Positions 49,364-60,600 of a DNA stretch of 64,000 bases are shown piece by piece (positions within the stretch are counted from its first letter, which is position 1; every line of letters begins with the position of its first letter). A program made the translations under genes and the position numbers. The stretch is from the NCBI GenBank assembly GCA_000002435.2, contig CM018792.1; one strand, written 5' to 3'. The DNA is from Giardia intestinalis (lineage: Eukaryota). The notes below the pieces were generated by a model, which saw nothing but the letters and a program-made list of their open reading frames with translations, was not told the DNA's origin and searched no databases.

Positions 49364-52300
49364 CTACCTTTCGCAGTACAGGTTCAATGAAAGACCTATT
49401 GTGGTGACACACACAACAAGGCCAGTGATAGCGAGCGCAGAGTATGTTGGGCTAATCACAAAAGGAACGGGAACAAGAATGCCCGACGTTAGAATGAGCA
49501 GTATAGTGGAGTACAGGATCGTGACAATAAATACAGCAATCATGAACTTGCGTACGGTCTCGGCAAAATGAAACATTTGAAGCATGTCAGATAGATGGTT
49601 TGACATGAGTACTATATCGGCGCTATTCTTGAGAATTTGCTCCCCAGAACCAACAGCCACAGATACCCCACAAGCAGGTAAGCAACTGATATCATTGATC
49701 CCATCACAGACAAAGAGCACTTTCTGCTGCTTCTGTTCCCACCCGTCTGCTTTCCAGCCGTGAGACAACATAGTTACTTCCTTTTGTGTGGGCCATCGGT
49801 CGTGAAGAGCCAAAAAACGGATTGCATCCGGCTTCACATTAACTGGAAGATCATGTATGACACACTCTCTTGGAATTTCAACCTTGTCAGAGACTTTGAA
49901 GGCCGAGTGCTGGGTGTCTGCGGTGATCATGTACACGTTGTAGCCCCTCTTCTTCAGCCGTGAAATCGTAGCTTGAGAGTCTGGTCTAACGGTGTCTGAC
50001 ACAGTTATGGTAGAGATAAGTTCCCCCCTTATGTACAGTGCCGCATAGTCGTGGTTATCGAACATGCCCTCTAACTGTTCTGGACTTGTGGAGTTGATAA
50101 ATTCGTACTTAAATGTCTGAGGGTTAATTCGAACGTATTGCTGGCTCTGCTGATTCTCTGTTGGGATACTGCTGTTCTCGTTGTTGCAATTGGAAAGTGG
50201 TCCATCGGTATCTTTCTTTTCATGGTAGAAATTACCACAGTAAATTTCTTCTCCGCCCATAATTGCGCTGAATCCACCACGGTCTTGGTGCATCTCGAAG
50301 TCTTTTGCGTCCGGGAGAGAGAACTCCGAGAGGTTTGAAATGTTTCGAACTATGTGGTCCATTGGCCTTCCTTTGGCAAATAGAATTATGCACGTTAGCA
50401 AGCTATAAATAATTGAGTTTCCAGAGTGGTGAGCAAAGCTGGCGTAATACTTGAGGCATTTGATGGCGACGGAATAGATGAACTTGTCACGCATCTTCCC
50501 CAGAACAACATCTGTATTCATCGCAGCGCACAAATCATCCTTTGTATAAACTTTGGCCATGTAGTCTGCAATGTTTGGAAGAGTAGACATGGACATGCTG
50601 ACATGCAAAGGCATCGAGGTGGTTCGAGGAAAGGCCTGGCTCGGAATTTCGAAGCTCTTTAGGTTTGTGCTAGATATGCTCGGTGTCAGTCCTAATGGCG
50701 AGGACAAACGGTGAATGCTGTCTGACAGTGACGCCGATCCTTCAGAGTGGCATAGAGTGTCGACTGCATTGCTCTTGGAGATAACTTGGATGGACACCGG
50801 CTTACAAAGGCTGCTAAGGTTCTCATTACTCTCCACACTATCCTCCTCTCTCGGCATTACCAAATCAATAGAACCGAGATCGCCGACTGCCACGACAGCA
50901 TTCAAAGCATCAATCGTTTTCGCTGACATTCTGCGCTCTTGACCAGGTTGTGCAAACATAGAAAGAAGAGGCCCAGACGTATCTGTGCCACCAGGAAAAT
51001 TGGTCTCCGACTCCTCCGTTGTTAGAGGCATAGCCATCATTGCACACGTATTACCAGCAGCCTCTGCAGAAGCAATCACAAAGGAAGGAGAAGGGGAGCC
51101 GGCATTTCCATTACCATAAGACTCCTCCGAAATAGTAGCAAGGGTTTCCGGTTCCTTCAACTTTACTGGGCGTTTCACCATGTACCCACCGCACGTGTGC
51201 ACCAGTTGGCCTGTTGCTTCAAAGAAGGCAAACATGGCATCGATGTTGAAGGGTATAAGGATGCTTTCTACGATAGGCTGCGCTAGCGTTAAAGTTCCGG
51301 ATTTAGAGAACACTACATGCTCAACGGATGCCAACTGCTCGCTGAGCAAGCAACTATTGCGCATCAGGAGCCCCATCTTTTGTGCTCTGGTTGACCCAGA
51401 CAACGACAGAATTGGAATTGCAATGGCCAGAGCCGAAGAACAACCGGCAATGAAGAATGCTAGCATAATGTTGAATGAAAAGATAGTTTTTACCAGATTG
51501 TCAGAGGATCTGCTCTTATTATCTTTTACAAAGAGTTCAAGAATATATTTGTGCACCCTATTACTGCTGAAGGCGGCAGCTAGCCATATCACGAGAAGAA
51601 GTACGCCGAGACCAAGAACCAGTGGCCCCATAATGTCCAAAATTCTATTTGAGATTCTATGTAGCTTCGGGAGGTGATCACTCGCCTTCTGAGAGCGCTG
51701 CAGAAGACTGAATATCCTCCCGATGATTGTGTCCTGGTTAATCATGACACAACAAACGTAGAGGTCACTATAGAGGACACGAGTACCGGCATAGATGACA
51801 TCTCCCATATTCTTGACGGCCGACATCATCCGCCGACCACTGATGTATCTTTCATCAACCTCCGTGGAACCGTAAACAACAACCCCATCACAAGGACAGC
51901 GATAACCTGCCTGGACCCTAACGATCATTCCCTTGGTGAGGCTGCGTGTCTGCGCATTAGCAAATTTGTACTGTGCGAAGGACTCATTATAATTGCCAGT
52001 CAAGTGCTCGACAATTTTATTAATCTGGTATTTTTTGATTAGCAGATTGTAAAGAGGGTTGCGTTTGTAGGAGATATTTGGAGAAATAATACTTGTGTCA
52101 GCGCTATGTGCTTGTCCCGTAAAAACACTGATGCTATCATCTACTCCAGACTTCCGTAGAGTAGGAGTACCCTTAGATTTCGCAGAGGCGGGGAGGTGTC
52201 CCCGTGGAGAAAGCGAACTTCTCGTCGTCGCCTTCAGAGAGGTGTCCTTATCAGATGAGTCCATTGCGACCTGGATGCTGTCGCTACTAGGCAAGGACAC

Positions 52301-54628
52301 TACCTCTATGGATGCTGGTTTGGAAACAGCGTCTATGTCAGATAGAAGAAAGTGGGAATTGGCATCTGCGTCTCTAGAAGGCGATTCTTGCACCGTCTGA
52401 AGAACACTATGCTGCTCTGTCATAGTCTCGGTGGCATCTGTAGTGGCATCCGTGTCTGTGTCTTCTTGAAGGTGTGGCTCTAGCAGGTTGTTGGCGTCCT
52501 TAAAGAAGTGATTGACCACCTCTGGGATGAGAAGTTCTGTAACGATCACTGTTTCCGTTGGAATGGACTGTGCCAGATTAATGTATGGCCTTGCAGAAAG
52601 TTGCTTTGCCTTCAGCTCGATAATCTTACAAAAGGAGACCATTGTAATTAGGATGACGAGTGAATCGAACATGAGCGGGGTGCGAGACTCTTGCTTGAGC
52701 CCCAATGACCATCCATAAGCGTTGATCGACACGACAAGACCAGTAAGCAGGATGAACGCCAACATTGATTCATTGGAAAACGTCTTGTTACACAGAGCAA
52801 TCATTCCATATTTAATTATCAAATAGCCTGAGTTGGTCAAGACGCAGAGCGTGGCGAAAATTGCAGCAAGAGTGTCTGAGACAGTGACAAAAGAAGTGTT
52901 CAACTTGGAGTTAACCTGAGCGTTTGTGGGGAAAATGGCATGCCCAAAGGAAAAAAGAAGTGTCAGCAATAGAAACAGTGAGTTAATAACGGCCTGTATT
53001 ATCCATTTCCGCAGATGGTTGTTGTTTATTAATAGAGATCTTGCTTCGTCAGCTACATCGGTCCCTGCAATCAGCTTGCAAGTAAATCCCATAGCCTTTA
53101 TCTTGTTGACTATAACTGGTACCGCAGCCGGAACGGCAAGGAAGAGGACGGTCCCTAACATAACATCAATCTTAATGTCACGGCAGTTTTTGTCCAGCAG
53201 CAAGTTCTCAATAATTCTAACGCACGAGTTGTCCGTTATTCCACCAACGCTGAGGCATATCTCCTTGAAGCGGTCGGTGAAGTCAACGGTGCAGGAAAGA
53301 AACGTCTGCTGCGCTGAAGACGTGAGTATTCTTCCCGACTTAATTAGATACTTGTGTGAATCCTTCGCTAGATCGGAGTGATAATCATTTAGTCGCTTGA
53401 GGAAGAGAACTATGTAGACGCGGCCCTTAGACTCCAGGCGTATGCGCTGCGTATAGGATAGTGGGTTCATGGTGGAGGTATTCTGTTGGCGGCCAACCAC
53501 AGAGTTGAGGTTTCTGTGGGAGAGATCTGACGTTAGGATAGGAGTGCCATCTTTCTGACTCCTTGAATTACGGCGCACCGTTGGATTTTGATTGGATGAT
53601 ATACTGCGGCCCCTACCAACTGCTTCATGGTACTTATAGGAGCTCCGGTCCCTGAATTCGGATATGGGGTGACTATCAACCTCCGCAAATCCTCCTGCGC
53701 AGAGTGGCCACTGGCTCAGGGCACCATAGAACCTCTCCAGTGGCTCGTTAATCGTTGCATTTCTTATGTATAAAAGGGTAACGGGGTGAGAGTTGAAGTA
53801 TACTATGCGAGAAGGGTCACCATCTGCCAACTGAAACGCTGCATAAGCCAACAACTCCAATGGTATCTCGTAGAGGTTTTCGTAGACTCGCAATTGCTTC
53901 TCATCGGGTGAGTAAGGTGACGGATCACTGCCTCCATGTACAGACTTCCCTTGCAGGTTGGTGGTGGCCGATGATGTAATAATTTGCTCTGCCTGTGCTA
54001 CTAGAGGGGTGCGGGCGCTACTCTCTTCTAAGCTTTTCTGCGCCAAGTAGTTGTAGAACCTTCCACAGTGAACCAGTGTAAGAATGTCGTTGTTACCCTG
54101 AGACGCCACATCAAACTCAGTAAAGCGAGGGTCTGTGACTGTACCTGTCAATGCACAAATGCTTGGATTGGCCTCAGACAGCGTGATTCCCGTATACTTA
54201 CTGAGGACCGCAGCAGCCAGGTCGACGACGCGCTGCTGTGGTAGGTTATAGTTCCTCGGAACCTGAGCGACGATGAACCCCCAGAGCTTCTCATAACTGA
54301 CGCATGCACACACTATTATGAAGTTGCCATATATAGTCTTGAGCCGGAGATCAGAGTTCAGGATGGAGACGACCTTGGAATAATCGTCTTCAGTAACGAG
54401 GGCTGAAAGTGTGACTAGGATTGCTACTGCAGGCACGGACTCAAATGCGAGCAGTTCTGCGGGGAGAGAGAGTTTATAGAATACCTTTCTGGCGACCTTT
54501 TCACGTATACTCGAAGATGGAAAGGTGAAATCTGCGGTCGTATCTCTGAATTTAGAATCAATCGGCAGGCGAACCTTCTTCCCATTCGTTAAATGTAACG
54601 CGGGATTGGGGTTGAAGTCATCCATCAC
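49364..54628 (-). CDS. P4-type ATPase (flippase)-like protein with degenerate catalytic motifs
   Basis: 1754 aa. P4 hallmarks: CPCDGVVV (cf. VPCDMVLL), AIPILSL (cf. IPISL in M4), C-terminal hinge VLFVCDGINDISCL (cf. GDGANDVSMI), MITADTQHSA (cf. MxTGD). At the phosphorylation site the sequence is FSKSGTLT instead of DKTGTLT. No DGET motif (ISGRR in the expected region). Multiple TM helices. Confidence 0.55.
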   Translation of the reverse strand: MMDDFNPNPALHLTNGKKVRLPIDSKFRDTTADFTFPSSSIREKVARKVFYKLSLPAELLAFESVPAVAILVTLSALVTEDDYSKVVSILNSDLRLKTIYGNFIIVCACVSYEKLWGFIVAQVPRNYNLPQQRVVDLAAAVLSKYTGITLSEANPSICALTGTVTDPRFTEFDVASQGNNDILTLVHCGRFYNYLAQKSLEESSARTPLVAQAEQIITSSATTNLQGKSVHGGSDPSPYSPDEKQLRVYENLYEIPLELLAYAAFQLADGDPSRIVYFNSHPVTLLYIRNATINEPLERFYGALSQWPLCAGGFAEVDSHPISEFRDRSSYKYHEAVGRGRSISSNQNPTVRRNSRSQKDGTPILTSDLSHRNLNSVVGRQQNTSTMNPLSYTQRIRLESKGRVYIVLFLKRLNDYHSDLAKDSHKYLIKSGRILTSSAQQTFLSCTVDFTDRFKEICLSVGGITDNSCVRIIENLLLDKNCRDIKIDVMLGTVLFLAVPAAVPVIVNKIKAMGFTCKLIAGTDVADEARSLLINNNHLRKWIIQAVINSLFLLLTLLFSFGHAIFPTNAQVNSKLNTSFVTVSDTLAAIFATLCVLTNSGYLIIKYGMIALCNKTFSNESMLAFILLTGLVVSINAYGWSLGLKQESRTPLMFDSLVILITMVSFCKIIELKAKQLSARPYINLAQSIPTETVIVTELLIPEVVNHFFKDANNLLEPHLQEDTDTDATTDATETMTEQHSVLQTVQESPSRDADANSHFLLSDIDAVSKPASIEVVSLPSSDSIQVAMDSSDKDTSLKATTRSSLSPRGHLPASAKSKGTPTLRKSGVDDSISVFTGQAHSADTSIISPNISYKRNPLYNLLIKKYQINKIVEHLTGNYNESFAQYKFANAQTRSLTKGMIVRVQAGYRCPCDGVVVYGSTEVDERYISGRRMMSAVKNMGDVIYAGTRVLYSDLYVCCVMINQDTIIGRIFSLLQRSQKASDHLPKLHRISNRILDIMGPLVLGLGVLLLVIWLAAAFSSNRVHKYILELFVKDNKSRSSDNLVKTIFSFNIMLAFFIAGCSSALAIAIPILSLSGSTRAQKMGLLMRNSCLLSEQLASVEHVVFSKSGTLTLAQPIVESILIPFNIDAMFAFFEATGQLVHTCGGYMVKRPVKLKEPETLATISEESYGNGNAGSPSPSFVIASAEAAGNTCAMMAMPLTTEESETNFPGGTDTSGPLLSMFAQPGQERRMSAKTIDALNAVVAVGDLGSIDLVMPREEDSVESNENLSSLCKPVSIQVISKSNAVDTLCHSEGSASLSDSIHRLSSPLGLTPSISSTNLKSFEIPSQAFPRTTSMPLHVSMSMSTLPNIADYMAKVYTKDDLCAAMNTDVVLGKMRDKFIYSVAIKCLKYYASFAHHSGNSIIYSLLTCIILFAKGRPMDHIVRNISNLSEFSLPDAKDFEMHQDRGGFSAIMGGEEIYCGNFYHEKKDTDGPLSNCNNENSSIPTENQQSQQYVRINPQTFKYEFINSTSPEQLEGMFDNHDYAALYIRGELISTITVSDTVRPDSQATISRLKKRGYNVYMITADTQHSAFKVSDKVEIPRECVIHDLPVNVKPDAIRFLALHDRWPTQKEVTMLSHGWKADGWEQKQQKVLFVCDGINDISCLPACGVSVAVGSGEQILKNSADIVLMSNHLSDMLQMFHFAETVRKFMIAVFIVTILYSTILLILTSGILVPVPFVISPTYSALAITGLVVCVTTIGLSLNLYCER

Positions 54629-54694
54629 GTACGCCAGTTGCGGCCAGCTGGTTAATTTTTTGGGGTGGTCTGTTTCTTTACCGCTACAACTGAA

Positions 54695-55138
54695 ATGGAT
54701 TTGGATCTACCGATAAACACCGTGCTCAGGGCTTGTGATATCGACCTTGAAAGCATAAAACTTTCAAAGGACCTGCGGCTGGGGCTCACCCAGATATGTA
54801 CAACAGCGATTTCATTCGTAACCTTCCTCGCCGAGAAACAGGGAAAGTCAGGTAAGAAGATCATTTCTACTGCAGATGTAGTCCGTGCTGCCTCGCGTCT
54901 TGAAATACCTGGTCTGGACCGCGAGTTGAGAGAGTTTTTGCAATCTGAGAACCACGCAAAAACAACCGAACGATTCAATACGAAGAACCCAGCCAACGTG
55001 CTGTTACTCAAAAAGGTCCAGGAGGCAGCTATCGATCGCTTTAGTAGTCTTGACATCCCCGACAGCCTAGGCTTCAACTTCGATTTTCTCACAGAGACAA
55101 AGGCACTAGACAAAGATGCTCTTGATCCTACTGAGTAG
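54695..55138 (+). CDS. Histone-fold protein (NF-YB / NC2-beta / DPB4-like)
   Basis: LPINTVLRACD...LSKDLRLGLTQICTTAISFVTFLAEKQGKSGKKIISTADVVRAASRLE matches the histone-fold pattern LP.A.v.R...SKDA.....C..EFI.f.TSEA....KRKTI...DV..A. The track ORF starts upstream at 54665. I prefer the Met at 54695. Confidence 0.5.
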   Translation: MDLDLPINTVLRACDIDLESIKLSKDLRLGLTQICTTAISFVTFLAEKQGKSGKKIISTADVVRAASRLEIPGLDRELREFLQSENHAKTTERFNTKNPANVLLLKKVQEAAIDRFSSLDIPDSLGFNFDFLTETKALDKDALDPTE

Positions 55139-55209
55139 CTGTCCCTCTGAGCCAGTAAATCATAGCAGACCTGGTTGCAAGGATGCAATGAATACAAAAA
55201 TTGCTAACA

Positions 55210-57627
55210 ATGGCTCACATAATCCCCACGGCCTACACACGGCCCCAGAAGGAGTTCAGGCAGCCGTGTCAGTTCCAAAATGTGGACTCTCAAGACCATT
55301 ATGTCGAGCTGCATGCATACACTGATCTTAGCTATAACGTAGAGTCTAAGCTCAACTCGCTAAGTGTGCAGGCAGTTCCGTCCACTCATCAACGGCCCAT
55401 CCAAACGGGGATTTTCTCAACTGAAAACGCTGGTACGCAATATGAGCCAGCTCTTTTTGACGAGGACGGCCTTAATGAGGCCGTCTCATCCAAAGACTAT
55501 GGTCTGTTTCTACAAGCGGTGGAACCGTATCTGAGCTCGAGTCTCGATATGAATTTATACGCAGACTCTGAAAATGCTCTTAAGCAAGATGAAGAGGACT
55601 ACGATGCAAAGAGCCAGTCCACCCTCCCGGAGATCCAGGCCCTGTCGCATGCAAAATACACCAGGGGGAAGGCAATATCTGCGATGGCGTACGCAAACGT
55701 CGGGAAGCTAACCTTAGTTTACATGGCCGTAGCACCACCGAACTGGCGCAACACGGGCCTTAACGAAGACCTGGAGGCATTTGGAGACAATGGGCCTGCT
55801 ATGACCTTTGCAGCTCTCTGTGACTACCACATTTTAGTCTGGAACCTGGCAGATAACATGGCACCCTTAGCCGTACTCGTCTCTCCTCACCCAGTGACCT
55901 CCATAGATGTGCACCCTCACAGAAACGGAACGGTCATCCTTGCTGGCACATACGCTGGCTCACTAATCGTCTACGACCTTGACAATGCCTACTCGTCCAT
56001 CTTCAGCGACATCTTTGTGAACAACGCCGTCATTGATGCCACCTTTAGCAACCAAGAGGCTCTTTACAACGGGCGAAATACCATGACCTTTTCCCAGAGC
56101 CTATCGGCTGGAGCAATTCCTCAGCTTTTTTATCCCTCTGTTACATCGTCAGTCAGCTCACACCACGCGCTTCCAGTAACTCAGGTTAAGTGGTTACCTC
56201 AGTCCTCACAAATTGTTCGTAATGGCGAGCTTGAGACGTCTGCCAGCCCCCTCGGCGGACTGCAGTTCACTTCTTTGGCTCCAGATGGATATATAAAGGT
56301 CTGGTCTCTTCAGTGTGTGGACCGAGACACCACCCGGTCTGATCTGACTGTTCTTTATCCATTCATTAACATCTTATCGTCATCTACATATCCGCACTTG
56401 GGGATCCTTAGACCGACCACCATCATCTTCCCGCCATCGGACGAGCCCTCCACGTTTTTCATTGTCGGTGACGCATTTGGTAACCTTGCATGCACAACGT
56501 GGCCCGTGGCCGTGGCAGCAACTCAGGCCATGGACGATGATAGACGGAAGAACGAACGAGAGATTGCAAAGGAGATTGGGACAACGGATTTAGATGCGAT
56601 AGGAGCCTACTTACTCGACCACCCCACCAAGGGGAGCTTCGTCACTTCGTTCCAGTTCTTTCTATCCACTATTTTCCATTTGGAGTACAGCACAACCGTC
56701 GACAACATGCTCCTGGCAGCCTCTGGGGACGGATGCAAGATTTGGATGATTGACAAGCAATGCCACGTCCAAACATTCGACATGGCAACAAAGGGGATAA
56801 AGGACGAGCAGCTCATCTTGAGATGTAACTATGAGGCTTCAAACACATCGGGCTTCATCGTTACAAAAGACATTCCAAATGTGATCTCCAACTATTCTGT
56901 CGGTAGCAGCACATCAATCGAAAATTTAATATCTATTTCCCAGGTCATTACCAACTTAAACCTCACCAACGCGAGCATGTCGAATCTCTCCGGCTTGACG
57001 ATAGAATATAACGCACAGGACCTTATGTCCACTAAGCGCATTCCGAATATGATTGTCCCGGTGACCAAGAGCCTTGAGACGGACTTTCCTTTGTTTGATT
57101 TCTATGAGCCTGTTTTTGGATACGGGGTTATTGACAGCACAATAACGGCCGCATGTCTCTCCCAGGCGCGGCCAAGCGTCTTGTACATAGGAAATGATAG
57201 GGGATTGGTATCTGTCTTCGATATCTCAGATCGGATGCATGAGCCCCTATTGACCCTGCAGATCTGTGTGGGGCCGGTCACGCGTATTCAGTATATCAGA
57301 CAAGCGATCGTTGGTGGAGTGAGCATAAACATGTTTGCTCAGGCAACGCTAAGCGAAATGGGTGGGGGCGGATTCAACTTTATGGAGGGGAAAACTCGTG
57401 TCAAAACACGCGACGTCCTACTGGTAGGAGACATCCATGGCACTTTGCACGTCTTGGAGATCCCTAAGACCCTCCGTAGCCGTGTACCCAACGAAAGAGC
57501 GATGCTGAAATACAAGTTTAGACGGTCTCTTGAAGGAGCTCATTACATAAGTTGGAGAAGATCTATTAGAATGCGTGCAGGCGACGAAGGAAGAGCTGCT
57601 TTGAATACAGGGGACGAAAATCCATGA
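55210..57627 (+). CDS. WD-repeat/beta-propeller protein, possibly dynein-intermediate-chain-like
   Basis: Track start 55201 is a TTG. ATG at 55210. Repeated beta-strand-like motifs (ILAGTYAGSLIVYDL, YIKVWSL, LVSVFDIS, LLVGDIHGTLHVLEI). Family assignment is tentative. Confidence 0.45.
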   Translation: MAHIIPTAYTRPQKEFRQPCQFQNVDSQDHYVELHAYTDLSYNVESKLNSLSVQAVPSTHQRPIQTGIFSTENAGTQYEPALFDEDGLNEAVSSKDYGLFLQAVEPYLSSSLDMNLYADSENALKQDEEDYDAKSQSTLPEIQALSHAKYTRGKAISAMAYANVGKLTLVYMAVAPPNWRNTGLNEDLEAFGDNGPAMTFAALCDYHILVWNLADNMAPLAVLVSPHPVTSIDVHPHRNGTVILAGTYAGSLIVYDLDNAYSSIFSDIFVNNAVIDATFSNQEALYNGRNTMTFSQSLSAGAIPQLFYPSVTSSVSSHHALPVTQVKWLPQSSQIVRNGELETSASPLGGLQFTSLAPDGYIKVWSLQCVDRDTTRSDLTVLYPFINILSSSTYPHLGILRPTTIIFPPSDEPSTFFIVGDAFGNLACTTWPVAVAATQAMDDDRRKNEREIAKEIGTTDLDAIGAYLLDHPTKGSFVTSFQFFLSTIFHLEYSTTVDNMLLAASGDGCKIWMIDKQCHVQTFDMATKGIKDEQLILRCNYEASNTSGFIVTKDIPNVISNYSVGSSTSIENLISISQVITNLNLTNASMSNLSGLTIEYNAQDLMSTKRIPNMIVPVTKSLETDFPLFDFYEPVFGYGVIDSTITAACLSQARPSVLYIGNDRGLVSVFDISDRMHEPLLTLQICVGPVTRIQYIRQAIVGGVSINMFAQATLSEMGGGGFNFMEGKTRVKTRDVLLVGDIHGTLHVLEIPKTLRSRVPNERAMLKYKFRRSLEGAHYISWRRSIRMRAGDEGRAALNTGDENP

Positions 57628-57685
57628 CAGTAGCACAGACAACACGGTGAGCCCTGCCAAAAGAGTTAAACAGTGCAAGACGCAC

Positions 57686-60600
57686 TTAGTCCTTGTCACC
57701 AATATAGTATGATACCTTAAGCATCGCTTCCAGAACAGAGTTTTTCTTGACGGGTCTTCTAAACCTCCTTTCAGGTGGCTCAAAAGGCTCTGCGTCCACG
57801 GCCTGCTCTGACTCGCTGAGAAGCTCAGTAAACGACCGTGTTCCAGTAGATATCTGTTCCAATTTATCCAGCGTGCTGTTCACAATGTCGCAAACATGCC
57901 GCTCGTGAAGAACCTCTGGGTTTCGCTCCTCAAATTCCTCTGCAGTCTCATAGCGAGGGTCCGTCTCAACGGTGTGGAAGTAACGCAAGCGTAGCAGAGT
58001 CTGGATAAAGGCCTTTGTCAAGAGCTCAAGAAGGCACTGGTCTTCCTTTTGAAACTTCGAGAAGAAGCACAGCACGGCTCCGATAAGAGAGATCTTGAGA
58101 TGGGGATGCGAAGCAGGGATTTCTAAGAGTGTAGAGTCTACCAATCTGAACGCATTTAAAACCTTGTAGTGGCTGGCATCAGCATCCTTGGCGGATGCGC
58201 AGAGCAAATCGCCAAGAATCACGGCGGTCCTATGCTTGTCCAAATTGGTTAGAAGCGTGTCACCTATGCTGAGAATATACGGCTCAATAAGGTATAAAAA
58301 GGGCTTTAGAGACGCTTCTGCAGATCCAGAAGAAGGCTGCTCTTGCACATGAGAAAGAAGGATGTTGCAAACGGTGAGGCTTCTGGACCGCAAGTCCGGT
58401 GCTGCAGACAAAAGAACTGATCGATAGGTATCTTCAGCGAAAAAGCCTTGTAGCTGAACGAATAACGCGTTATACTTTGCCTCGAAGTCTGGTGCCAGAG
58501 ATAGCAACTGAATAACCGAGGCAAACAGTCGAAAGCTGGCAGCAACAAAATCAATATTATCTCGTGTTTTACGCATCTTTCCAAAAACCGCATCTTGCAG
58601 GTCAACAACAACCTCAAGTAACGTGGTCAGTGCGGAGATGCAAGCATCGGCAACGTGCTCCTGGACATCTTCGGCATCAGCTACCGACAGAATAGTTTCA
58701 CTAAGGCATGATAGCAGTATAAGGACACTGGTCTGCTGGGGCAGCACCTTCTCATTCGCCAAGATGGAGCGAATGAAATAGAGGGGGCAGCGCTGATAGC
58801 CAGTATCCTCGCAGCGCTTGATAAAGACGGCAAGAGTTTGCATAGCCTCAGAAACCACCTGATCAGAGCCCTCCGCCAGTTGCGAGCAGTTAGAAATTGT
58901 GACAACAAAGGACACAACAGAAATATCAACGCACCCGCTGAGAGTCTCTGCGTCGAGTCCTCGATACACCTCATGGAGGCAGGCCAGAACGACACGACGG
59001 CCAGCATTCGTTTCAAACTCTGCTGCCACCTTTAACAAGTTACGAATATATACTATCCGCTTCTTATGGGTCATCTCATAGGTGACAATGAAGTGGCTCA
59101 GGGCTTTTACTAAGCTAGCTGTCTGCTCGTGTCCCTCAACCATTGCTGCGACTTTACAGAAGTATGTCATTGTCTCATAAATTTCTGGCACATCTATATT
59201 CTTTTCAACGATAAGCTGTATCATGTGAAAGGCTAGCAGTGACTTGAGACTTTTATTCAACATCAGCGAAGACACCTTCACAATCAAGGAATAATCTTCA
59301 GTGGAGAAGAGATCGTAGTCGTTTGTCAAAATCACGTTAATCAGACGGAAACAGGCCTCTAGCTCCTGCCTGTCCGATGTTCGATAAAGGGCCTTGCAAC
59401 ACTCGGAGGCAATAAGCTTGGTGCGTACTGTTGGATAATTGGGCATCATAGCGGCAAGGGAATGGAATCCACTAGCGCGGCAGAAGGCCGCTCGAGAGCT
59501 GAGCATGAGAAGCACATAGTCGGCAATCTCAGGATATCTTTCAGCGGAAATAGTGGGCGCACGAAGAGCCGGTGGAGGAAGGGTAGCAATGGGGTCCTGA
59601 GCAGCATGCGGAAGGGCATGAACTGACTCCTCTGTTCCACTAGCAATAGCAGCGAAGTAAGGCATGTATTCATGAACATATGGGTCGCCATAGTGCTTCT
59701 CAATTCCATGACGTAGAAGCGCGCCCACTAGCTTGTGGGGCACCGTTGTATCGTAACTTGAGCCAACTCCGCTGAAGCCTCCAGAAATGGAACCGATCCC
59801 CTGGTAGAGCCTCTTAGGAGACGGCTCAAGAAGCAAGTGCTCGTTTCTGATATCTGTTATTGCCCGCGCTCTCCGTAAGTCATCCTCTTCGACTCTAGCG
59901 TTGATGATCTTCTCCTGCTTGGTAAGCTTGTTGCACGCGTCAACAATCTGAGGTATCAAAGCGTGATAGAAACATTTGGGGGACATCATATAGTGGACAA
60001 ACTCCAGAAGAGCGTCTTCTGTAACGGTAGAGTTAACGAACCAGCCAGCCAGTAAGGAGTGTACAATTGCATCCTGCTGGGTTGACGAAAAAGAGTAGGC
60101 ACAGCCCCTGAACAGAGGCTCAATGAAGAAGACGGTTTGGGTGATGTTAGAGAAGGACAGAGATGCTGCAGTCAGTCGAATTATATCTGCAGAGCGAGAC
60201 TCACCCACCTCAATGTGCTTGATGCTTAGTAGCGAGCGGGCCTTCTGTTCTTGAGCCTGCGCACTAAACATGTCTCGTACAAGAACTGCAATGACTTGCC
60301 GCAAACTGATTGGGGTTATAGCATCTGGTAGAGGAGAGACGTTGCAACTAGATGTATCCACATATGGGAGCTTGAGAATAATGGAGGGATTCTGGATGAC
60401 GGCAAGAAGCGTCCTATGAGGAACCATGATCACGTGCTCGAGGATTTCGTAGTACACGTATGCAGCTAGGTGCACACCAATAAACTCCTTTGCGCAATGC
60501 GTTCTTATTGAGAGTAAAATTGTGCCCAAGTTTCTTGGCCCCAGCAACATTGATATGTGCGACAAACATCGTCTGCATGCTGCACGAGCATCCTGGTCTG

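Noticed and set aside
54652-55197. 181-aa minus-strand ORF overlapping the histone-fold gene
   Set aside because: It lies antisense to an ORF with a convincing histone-fold pattern. It would require the P4-ATPase-like gene and this ORF to overlap head-to-tail, and it has no motif support.
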